From assembly GCF_001194135.2 (NCBI RefSeq), contig NC_068985.1, forward strand, positions 91,969,420-92,033,419: 64,000 nt of DNA. Reading direction: 5' to 3'. The notes under the pieces were generated by a model, which saw nothing but the letters and a program-made list of their open reading frames with translations, searched no databases and was not told the DNA's origin. This document shows, piece after piece, positions 53,677 to 64,000 of the stretch (within the stretch, counting starts at the first letter, position 1; every line of letters starts with the position of its first letter). A program made the position numbers and the translations under genes. This stretch comes from Octopus bimaculoides (taxonomy: Eukaryota).

Positions 53677-53921
53677 CAGTTCTATATTTAAGAGATGAGG
53701 AATTATGTACGTTATTTACATTATTTACATTTGACGGATATTTGCCCTCATCGTGTTTGTTGTTAACACAACGTTTCGGCTGATATACCCTCCAGCCTTC
53801 ATCAGGTGTCTTGGGGAAACTTCGAAGCATATGCCCGTGTGCATATGGCGTAGTGGTTAAGAGCGCGGGCTACTAACACCAAGAATCCGAGTTCGAATCC
53901 AGACCTGAATAAAGATAATGC

Positions 53922-53963
<42 letters not shown>

Positions 53964-54005
53964 CAACAACAACATCGAAAATACTTTAGGAATGAGGACC
54001 TAGGT
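53677..54005. mobile_element. Family H SINE, copy 3, with 5' half inverted
   Basis: 53677-53826 is the tail on the minus strand. 53827-54005 is the tRNA head plus linker on the plus strand. Confidence 0.8.
53765..53810 (-). ncRNA. Minimal type I hammerhead ribozyme motif (Penelope-associated type)
   Basis: Minus strand reads GACAC-CUGAUGA-A-GGCUG-(10 nt loop)-CAGCC-GAA-AC-GU-U-GUGUU. This gives a complete core, 5-bp stems I and II, a loopless palindromic stem III and a GUU cleavage triplet. Confidence 0.75.
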
Positions 54006-54116
54006 ATAGACGCAAATCTATCTAATTATTTGTCTCTTTCTAAAATCAGGTATAACTTGGCGATCGGTCGACTTACAACACCGTTCTTCGTTATGAGTTT
54101 ACTTGGTACAGTGTGC

Positions 54117-54250
54117 TTGTTAACTTCACAACAAGGTCAAGGTGAGCTCTGATTGGCTGTATGCAAATGAGATCAATAGTGGGGTCTGGGTCTGGAAGTC
54201 ATGCGGGAAAAACATTTCGCCTTCCACTCTGGCATATTTTATGCCTCACG
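54117..54250 (+). promoter_or_regulatory. AGGTCA + ATTGG + ATGCAAAT motif cluster, third copy
   Basis: 38/39 nt identical to 14977-15015. The motifs are seen directly; function is not shown. Confidence 0.4.
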
Positions 54251-54916
54251 CTTTGCTTTATCGCTCTTTGGTTCTCTTAACCTAGTTCTTGAATTTTTTG
54301 TTTCCTCTATTTTAAATTTATGTCTCTTTATTTTAATTTTTAAATTCTGGATTTTTTATTCAATTGAACTCAGCGATGTGGCAACAATGTAACCTTCATT
54401 TGAATAAGCAAATGTCAGCCTGACGATTAGGTACGTTGAGCATAGCTCATTGCATAACTATTACATTACTAGCTTCAGCTAACTTAGAAACATATGCAGC
54501 ATGCCTTTTACTTGTTCAACTCACCCAGTTTGAATTTTCATTCGTATTTTAGCAGCTTTAGTTGCTAACTGTGAGCTATATAGAAACTATGAGTCTATCG
54601 AATGTTCTCGCAATGACGATATGGGCAAAAAATGTCTCACTTTCAAGGCAAATAAATTGTTATTCTATCTTGTCTCACACTATCCACTGTTTGTTCTCTT
54701 TACCTATCACTCACTTCTTGAAGCTTACCATCGCCGTACGCTCGGATCCCTGGATCGTATTCTTACATATGTACATACATATATATGTGTGTCAGTATGT
54801 GTACGTGTGTGTGGTGGGGTGCGTGTACATATATGTGCAGAACAAATTATAACTAAACCAGAAATGTAGTAATATAGAAAAAGTCATATATATATATATA
54901 TATATATACATATATG

Positions 54917-54977
<61 letters not shown>

Positions 54978-55317
54978 GTACATATGTATATGTATGTATG
55001 TATTTATGTATGTATGTATGTATGTATGTACGTATATGCAGTACAGAGATGCATTTCAGATATTTTGGGTTTCCTCAGAAATGATAACTCTCATTGAAAT
55101 TAGCAAACGAAAACCAATATTGAAAAAATATATAAGTATATACTAAGAGCAGGGTAAAAAATATCAACAACTGGCATTCGACTGACAAAACAGCAGCCTC
55201 CTGATATCTACATTCATTTTGATAAACATCACAAAGAAATGTATATGCTTGTGTGTTGTGATTACACGCACATATACATATACATATATATATAATTATA
55301 TATATGTATATAGTGTA

Positions 55318-55354
<37 letters not shown>

Positions 55355-56145
55355 NNNNNNNNNNNNNNNNNNNNNNNNNNNNNNNNNNNNNNNNNNNNNN
55401 NNNNNNNNNNNNNNNNNNNNNNNNNNNNNNNNNNNNNNNNNNNNNNNNNNNNNNNNNNNNNNNNNNNNNNNNNNNNNNNNNNNNNNNNNNNNNNNNNNNN
55501 NNNNNNNNNNNNNNNNNNNNNNNNNNNNNNNNNNNNNNNNNNNNNNNNNNNNNNNNNNNNNNNNNNNNNNNNNNNNNNNNNNNNNNNNNNNNNNNNNNNN
55601 NNNNNNNNNNNNNNNNNNNNNNNNNNNNNNNNNNNNNNNNNNNNNNNNNNNNNNNNNNNNNNNNNNNNNNNNNNNNNNNNNNNNNNNNNNNNNNNNNNNN
55701 NNNNNNNNNNNNNNNNNNNNNNNNNNNNNNNNNNNNNNNNNNNNNNNNNNNNNNNNNNNNNNNNNNNNNNNNNNNNNNNNNNNNNNNNNNNNNNNNNNNN
55801 NNNNNNNNNNNNNNNNNNNNNNNNNNNNNNNNNNNNNNNNNNNNNNNNNNNNNNNNNNNNNNNNNNNNNNNNNNNNNNNNNNNNNNNNNNNNNNNNNNNN
55901 NNNNNNNNNNNNNNNNNNNNNNNNNNNNNNNNNNNNNNNNNNNNNNNNNNNNNNNNNNNNNNNNNNNNNNNNNNNNNNNNNNNNNNNNNNNNNNNNNNNN
56001 NNNNNNNNNNNNNNNNNNNNNNNNNNNNNNNNNNNNNNNNNNNNNNNNNNNNNNNNNNNNNNNNNNNNNNNNNNNNNNNNNNNNNNNNNNNNNNNNNNNC
56101 TGAAACGTTGAACGAAACCTTCAAAGAATAATAATAATAATAATG

Positions 56146-56213
<68 letters not shown>

Positions 56214-56504
56214 TGTAACAACAACAAAAAGAACAACAACAACAACAATAATAATAATAATAATAAAAATAACCTACAGTTTATCATGCATCGAGTACTT
56301 AAGTGAATGTGATCGATCTTCTCTTTTCGTTTACTGAATACATATGAGTAGTGTATGTATTTATGGGTGTGTATGTGTGTTTCTGGGTACGTAAATGTGC
56401 GTATGTACATCCTTCCACAAAAACATAATTATACATACATCCACAAAAACATCCTTCCACAAAAACATAATTATACATACATACATACGCACATATTCTT
56501 TTAT

Positions 56505-56720
56505 TCTTCTACTGGTTTCAATCATTTGACTGTGGCCATGCTGGAGCACCGCCTTCAGTCGAACAAATCGGTCCCTGGACTTATTCTTTGTAAGCCTAAT
56601 ACTTATTCTATCGGTCTCTTATGCCGAACTGTTAGGTCTCGGGGATGTAAACACACCAACATCGGTTGACAAGAGATAGTAGAGGGACAAACAGACACAC
56701 GCACACACACACACAGCCAT
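56505..56720 (-). mobile_element. SINE family 2, 3' half
   Basis: Aligns to 34735-34935 and abuts the Tx1-like fragment at its internal microsatellite. Confidence 0.8.
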
Positions 56721-56730
56721 ATATATATAC

Positions 56731-57753
56731 ATCCTTGCTACATTCACCCATCTTTTTTTGAAGCATTCACTAGACAAGACTTCCCTTTCTACTCTCACCT
56801 TCCTCTTCAAGTGATACTTGAAGAAGTTGATGAGAGATTGCCCAGAGAAGAAAGTCTTTGTCTCTAGACCTTTCAAACGCGTCCACCATACACATTCTTT
56901 CGCCATAGCCACAAGTACGATGAAAATAGCTCTTCCTTCCCGTTTCAAGGAAGGAGGCGCGACAATATTCACGATAGNNNNNNNNNNNNNNNNNNNNNNN
57001 NNNNNNNNNNNNNNNNNNNNNNNNNNNNNNNNNNNNNNNNNNNNNNNNNNNNNNNNNNNNNNNNNNNNNNNNNNNNNNNNNNNNNNNNNNNNNNNNNNNN
57101 NNNNNNNNNNNNNNNNNNNNNNNNNNNNNNNNNNNNNNNNNNNNNNNNNNNNNNNNNNNNNNNNNNNNNNNNNNNNNNNNNNNNNNNNNNNNNNNNNNNN
57201 NNNNNNNNNNNNNNNNNNNNNNNNNNNNNNNNNNNNNNNNNNNNNNNNNNNNNNNNNNNNNNNNNNNNNNNNNNNNNNNNNNNNNNNNNNNNNNNNNNNN
57301 NNNNNNNNNNNNNNNNNNNNNNNNNNNNNNNNNNNNNNNNNNNNNNNNNNNNNNNNNNNNNNNNNNNNNNNNNNNNNNNNNNNNNNNNNNNNNNNNNNNN
57401 NNNNNNNNNNNNNNNNNNNNNNNNNNNNNNNNNNNNNNNNNNNNNNAATCCACTACAGAATGCATTAGTTGTGAAGCAGTTGCTCAAGTTTGACCCGGGG
57501 TGTTGCAGTTGCCGGAGAGCAACGCGACACTCGCGGTGCCATTCACCCTTCCTCGGCCTCTTCTTGATCCACGACTGCAGTTCGATCATTGAGACGAGCT
57601 GCGGGAAAGCGCGCCGCACAAACGGTGGCCACACCTGTTCATCGTTGTCTACGTAGAGCTGGAGAAGTCGCAGTCTCAGCGCGTGTCTGCGCATCAACAA
57701 CCACGGCATGCCCAGTCCTCGTTTTAACGGGTGTTGGCAGCAAACGGATCGCC
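56731..57753 (-). mobile_element. Tx1/L1-group LINE ORF2 internal fragment, split by a gap
   Basis: HPLKRGLGMPWL..RRHALRLRLL..W and AMAKECVWWTR match the post-RT region of Tx1-like ORF2. GC-rich, with open frames on both sides of the gap. Confidence 0.75.
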
Positions 57754-57806
<53 letters not shown>

Positions 57807-58641
57807 CATACATATACGTATCTACACACATACACCCCTACATATACGCCACATAGTTGTTTGATATAATATTTATGTCGCATCGCTAGTTTCATACGAC
57901 GGAACTCTTGAGACGTGTGTATGTTTGTATGTTTCTTTCGTGTACATATATATGTGTTTGTGTATGTGTGCGTGTGTTCACGGGTGTTTCTGTTTCTGTG
58001 TGCGCGCTCGTGTGTGTATGCGTGTGCGTGCATGTTTGTGCGTGTGAGTGTGTGAGTTTCTGTAAGGATTTGGTATAGTTTTCGCCCCCAAATTCTTTTG
58101 TCCAGCTGTTGGTCAAGTAAAGATTTCTGGTCGATCCAACTGGAGATTTGACAATATGACGAGGTTGCTTAGCTTATAGTCTTGTGGTGAGTTTTTCAAC
58201 TGGACACTTCTACCTATAATTATAATATACACTTCAATGCAGAGAACAACTGAGATAATCTGTAGGAAAATTCGTTGTGCTAATACTATTATAAGTAATC
58301 TATAATCCTATTGGACCAAAGTCGTACAGCCTGCTAGAAATAGCAACCACTCTGCTTAAATCACAAGCTACCATCTTAAATTAAGCGAATGCTATATTAA
58401 ATACTGTATTCCAATGCGACTCTTAAAAAGCAGGGTTAGTCAGGGATGGGTAATCTGTGATGAAAGCAGTTCCTATAGCTACGGTCCGCTACGTTCGAGT
58501 GTGCAAGCACATGTTCACGATAGATGTGTGTGTGTGTGTATTCATATTTATATATTTATGTATATATGTATAGGTAGACAGATAGACATACAGACAGTCT
58601 CAAATACACTGACATGCACACAGAGGCGTATAGACACACAC

Positions 58642-58704
<63 letters not shown>

Positions 58705-59024
58705 TATAGATAAACACATTTGAATTTGGAAGCGAGATATGATAAATCAAATTTATCCTGAAGATTAGTTAAATTCTTGTTGCATCTTTGATTCCCAATT
58801 GAAAGAGAAGGTTGTAGTTCGTATTGCCTTTGGGAAACCTAATTCCACAATTTCCTGACAATTGTTAGATATAAATTCTTTTATACTGAAAATATAAATA
58901 CTCATAAACAGTAAAAACCCGAATAATAATTTTGGAAAGAAAATTTACTGAAGATCATTAGCCTGAAGACGCCTCAAACAGGACATCATAATTATTTTTG
59001 TATTTGATTGAGTTATAATGTATT

Positions 59025-59600
59025 TACACCAAAAGATTGGGAGATGAAAGACGACCTGGAGAAGCAGCTGATGTTCAAAAAGAACTGTGGTTCCAACATC
59101 ACTAAGGTCTGCTATGGTGCTGATCTCAGGAGCATCCACCAAGCAGATTGTTCAGCTAGAATCCTCCGTTGCTTGAGAAGACCGCATCGAAGATTCAAAC
59201 GGGAAGAAGAGGAGGAAATACGCTAAGCTGTTAGAGTTATGCCAATACAATGATGGGAAGTAAGGCCTAATCCCATTCAGGTGGGGTACAAAGGGCTTGC
59301 AGATCAGTTACTGTAAAGAACTTAATATATGCTCGGCACTAGATGGGCCAGCAACTAGAAGACCCGTTAGGTTCGCTATAGAGACAGTACAAGCTGCTTC
59401 AATGTGATTGTGGATCAGTAGGTGTGATCCTTGGAAAGGACAGCTCTACGAGAGCTAGTACTAACTGGACACCCCCTGTGGTTTAGTCAATCGTCGGGTC
59501 AGGGGTTGTCTGATGTTAAAAGACAAGTAACACCCAATGGCCCCTGGAAACATTTCTGATGTTATGTCCAGGAAAACACAGAATGATGTACAGAGAAACG
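59025..59600 (+). mobile_element. HERO/NeSL-like RLE LINE 3' end (pseudogene)
   Basis: DWEMKDDLEKQLMF, TSLRSAMVL..STKQIVQLE..EDRIEDSNGKKRRKYAKL, PIQVGYKGLA, ASM*LWI..DPW, then a 3' UTR. Confidence 0.8.
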
Positions 59601-60713
59601 AGAACTACAATATCCATTAATTCCTTTCGTGTCATTTCATGGATTCTTTGCTGTTACATCTAGCAGAGAGGACTATGGTGCAGAGGATCCCTTGTTAATA
59701 CCACTAACCTATATTGCTTGTTGCTATAGTTTAGACTTAGATCAGTATTGGTACGGCAGAGCAACAAATATAAGTACACAAGTCATGACAATCCCATCTT
59801 TAATTCAATATAAATCGCATCCTTCCTATTTTTAAGGTAGCATCCATCGATTTGATGAAAATGTGGCTGTTGCTTCTAGAAGGTCGTGCGGTTGTATAGA
59901 ATCTATTTCTGTTCGATAATAAAATAAGTGTTGAGACTGTGAGCAATAAATTTGTAAGTCACTTGAGTGTATTTCCTAACAAACTTAATTAAGATGTCTT
60001 TGTTACTTATATTTATATATATTTCTTTTCTATTGCGAGTATGACGAATCGAATATTACATTTAAGAAGACTAATGAATACTCCTACTTCTTGTAATATA
60101 TCGAGAGTAATTAAAATAGAAACGTATAGTCCTTCTCTATGCTTACGCTCAGAAATCTTACTGTCGTTTCTAATGCTTCTGCTGATACGAGCAGTTGCAG
60201 CCTTGTAAATATCAGATATGTGTTGCTTCATATGTTTCTTGTATTTTATCTAATTTTATCAGTAAACGCAGGCGTTGCTGTGTGGTAAGAAGTTTGCTTC
60301 CCGACCACACACTTTTGCGAAGGAATTTGGCTGACGGGAATTAAGAGAAAGCCCGTTACATGTGTTTATGTGTGTGAGCGTGCATATTGTCGTTTAAATA
60401 TCCGAAGTATTTGACTCCATAAATATTTTCTCCTCATTTTATTGTTAAGTCTTATGTTTACTGGAGTAACGCTGTGCTGACGATGTCTATTGATGAAAAA
60501 CTGTTGAAAAGTGCTCTTTTCTCTCCAGAAAACAAAATCCTCTTATTTCCTAATGGCGTCTGAATTCCGCAATAATTGATGTTTGTCAGAAATTATCTCC
60601 CCTCGCTATATCAGAGTTTCTTAAGTTGCCTAAATTTGTCAAAGCGTTGCTCCAACATCGCCGCAGGTCAATGCGTGAAGGAAGTTAGAGTAAATATGTG
60701 GGGTAGGGTATCT

Positions 60714-60748
<35 letters not shown>

Positions 60749-61651
60749 NNNNNNNNNNNNNNNNNNNNNNNNNNNNNNNNNNNNNNNNNNNNNNNNNNNN
60801 NNNNNNNNNNNNNNNNNNNNNNNNNNNNNNNNNNNNNNNNNNNNNNNNNNNNNNNNNNNNNNNNNNNNNNNNNNNNNNNNNNNNNNNNNNNNNNNNNNNN
60901 NNNNNNNNNNNNNNNNNNNNNNNNNNNNNNNNNNNNNNNNNNNNNNNNNNNNNNNNNNNNNNNNNNNNNNNNNNNNNNNNNNNNNNNNNNNNNNNNNNNN
61001 NNNNNNNNNNNNNNNNNNNNNNNNNNNNNNNNNNNNNNNNNNNNNGGTAAGCAAGCTACTTACCACTCAGCCACGGCTATATATGTACGTATAAAAAAAA
61101 AATATTTGAATGTCTCCTGACATCCTTTTTATAATTCTGCACTCTAAAATCATTTCTTTTATAACAATATATAAAAGCAAACAAACAAATAAAATAAACA
61201 ACTGAGACATATTCTTAACATGTCGTTTGTCTCTATTTTTTGCCAATGTACAATAGTTCTGTATTTGACTAAACCCAATTGCAGATCTCATGAAAACTGC
61301 ATCGAATGTACCTCAGTCTTATCGATTACTTTTAGGCTTCTTTTCGTTGCTTGATGAAATAATCCCTTCTCTATAAACTAGTTTTATGGATGCGATATAA
61401 GCCAAAATAACGCATTCTTTATTCTATAAACCTTTGAATTCTATATTCAATTTCATTAGTTTTTCTATTTTAGATCAACAACTGCATTGATTTCGTTTGG
61501 TTCTTGGATAAAATTATAACATAGCATCTTAACAGATGCCTACCTTCTTACTATTTCGTCGACACTCTACATATTTTACAGCTTCTTCGAAACGAAACTA
61601 TTGTCTTCCATAAGGTTCACTCGTTCCTTTGTATCACTTCTATCTTGCACA

Positions 61652-61718
<67 letters not shown>

Positions 61719-62015
61719 CTTTTACACATTTCTGTCTCACTCTGTTTTGTTCTGTCTTACTATTTTATGTCTTCTATCAACTCATAATTTCATGTTTCCA
61801 AATATGACATTCAACATTACTATTTTATTTCATATATCTGTGTATGTGTAGTTGTGTGTTTATGTGTGTATGTGTATGTGTATGTATGTATGTATGTTTG
61901 TGTGTGTCAAAGTGTGCGTGCGAATAAGCGCTTACGTATGCACAATATATTATTCCGAATATATTTTATATATGCATACATATATATGTATACACACACA
62001 TACATATATACTTGT

Positions 62016-62104
<89 letters not shown>

Positions 62105-62921
62105 TCCATTTCATATAATGTGTTATGTGGAAAGTTAGAGTATTTAATCATACCTTTTTTTCTTTCAATTCTTGTTATTCCAACTTTTAACACGTAAAGG
62201 ACAACTTTCGTTCTCGGAAAACGAATTCGTAAAACAATAAGCCGCGCTTTTTTGTCATAGAAAACTTTGAATGTTAGTTATTACTAACATAATTTTATAT
62301 TTTATATATTTAATACTCTGTTTTATAAATTACTTCTACATGTAAACTATATAATGCTTCGTATTATTTTATAAATATTGTGTCGTATTCTCTGTATGGT
62401 GAATGCAGTCGAGAAGTGGTTATTGAGATATGTAGTAAAAACGATACGATCCCACCAATGTCATTTGTGTGAAACAGCTATCATGTGCATAGGAAGCAAT
62501 TTTATATCACATAAGCTTGTAAAGCGACCTGGGAAAGCCATAAACGTCATTGCAGTATGCCTCATTCTCTCTCCTGTAAATGCAAAACCTTATCATAGGA
62601 TACTCTGCAGAATTATTCCCTTTCATTGTTACAGAAACACTACTACACAGGTAGATTAAATGCCGTGGTTTTTCTTGGGGTTGTTGTTTATGGTCTGGTT
62701 TCTAATCTTCCTCTTTCATTCACCTAAGTTCAATCAAATTAGTACCAGTAAAATACTAGAATTAATTGTGTTCAAATCAATATTGGACTTGGATTAGATC
62801 GTATTGGTTATGTTCAGTCCGTTGCAAGACGAATGAGTCAGCATATTCTCTCCATCAATCACGGTTTGATAAGGATACAATTAATTTGAGCTCCAGATCA
62901 AACTGATTTTATAAACCTACA

Positions 62922-63322
62922 CTTTTCTACTCTAGGCACAAGGCCTGAAATTTTAGGAAAGGGGGGGGGTCTCAGTCTATTACATCGACACCAGTACGCA
63001 ACTGGTACTTAATTTATCCACCGCGAAAGGATGAAAGGTAAAGTCGACCTTGGCGAAATTTGAACTCAGAACGTAATGACAAACGAAATACCTATTTCGT
63101 TATTGCCCACAAGGGGCTAAACATAGAGGGAACAAACAAGAACACACGAACGGATTAAGTCGATTACATCGACCCCAGTGCGTAACTGGTACTTAATTTA
63201 TCGATCCCGAAAGGATGAAAGGCAAAGTCGAACTCGGCGGAATTTGAACTCAGAACGTAACGGCAGACGAAATACCGCTAAGCATTTCGCCCGGCGTGCT
63301 AACGATTCTGCCAGCTCGCCGC
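62922..63322 (-). mobile_element. Family 1 SINE dimer
   Basis: Reverse complement shows the same two-monomer layout and linker as 29715-30146. Confidence 0.85.
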
Positions 63323-63610
63323 ATTTGATAAACTTAATTTGCCACGCTGGATCGACATGGCTTGGCAGAGAGCTACAATTCTCATATTTTTACTCAGGAG
63401 CATTTAAGGCGATTACGTCGACCCCAGTACTCAACTGGTACTTATTTTATCGATCTCAAAAGATGAAACGCAAAATCAGCCTCGGTGGAATTTGAAAAGC
63501 GAACGTTTCACAGTCAAAAATCACTCTTCTATATTTTGTCTTGCTTGGGCAAGTTGTGATTTCGAATATAATGCGACTCTCAAGTTTTGGGAATTAAGAT
63601 TCAATAAATA

Positions 63611-63852
63611 CAGGGTGTTCTAAACGTTTCTCCGGAGTAAGTATTTTATTGCAAAATACATATTTAGAAGAAAGTATAAGACCACAGAAAAATATATTTG
63701 ACTTTACAAGACTTTGAATCAAAATTTCATAAGAAGTGTTGAAAGTGTCGTTCTTCATTTTCAATACATAAGTTGACTCTTCTACACATGTTTTGAAATA
63801 CATGCGCAGGATGAAAAAGAATTGACTGTAGAGAGACTTGTTGAACACTCTG
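63611..63852 (-). mobile_element. Internally deleted Tc1/mariner derivative
   Basis: TA-CAGGGTGTTC...GAACACTCTG-TA. Minus strand encodes CIENEERHFQHFL*, a transposase C-terminus-like motif. Confidence 0.75.
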
Positions 63853-64000
63853 TATATCGTGTGTTCATCTCACTTTTATTTTTTTTTTTGCCGTTCGAAT
63901 ATAATGCTGTCCCTAGAAATTTTAACCATGATGTTTCGTAATTTTGTATGAAAATTTTCGCAATACATTCGAGTAAATATAGTACATAACACGTGACCTT

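Noticed and set aside
54560-54869. Open frame after a strong acceptor (LVANCELYRNYESIECSRNDDMGKKCLTFK...)
   Set aside because: It needs a non-canonical GC donor or runs into microsatellite, and has no recognisable domain.
62409-62650. Open 81-codon segment between AG and GT sites
   Set aside because: Weak acceptor, no recognisable motif and no phase-linked support.
63885-63903. 19-nt match TTTTTGCCGTTCGAATATA to the reverse complement of about 34326-34344
   Set aside because: No extension on either side and an AT-rich start, so it cannot be distinguished from chance or a tiny repeat remnant.

Overview
This is AT-rich eukaryotic draft-genome sequence, not prokaryotic DNA. It has 14 N-gaps, dense microsatellites and no operon, CRISPR array, rRNA or intact long ORF. 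The repeat landscape matches what I recall of coleoid cephalopods, probably Octopus (inference, no search run). Most long ORFs in the supplied track are artefacts of microsatellites or N-runs. Recognisable content: at least four tRNA-headed SINE families; LINE fragments (R4/Dong-like, HERO-like, CR1/L2-like, Tx1-like); a deleted Penelope-like element; a full-length decayed DD41D-type Tc1/mariner; and several MITEs. A few small + strand exons may belong to a long-intron host gene of unknown identity (best case 43816-43939). Most interesting: (1) a tRNA-derived SINE whose tail carries a Penelope-type minimal hammerhead ribozyme, in three copies, one intact and one of them 5'-inverted; (2) a three-copy inverted-repeat module of nuclear-receptor half-site + CCAAT + octamer with a near-invariant core; (3) a dimeric SINE bracketed by a perfect 17-bp TSD; (4) a duplicated terminal-exon-like unit with an excess of synonymous changes. 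All alignments were made by eye, and element boundaries are approximate unless a TIR, TSD or splice site is quoted.
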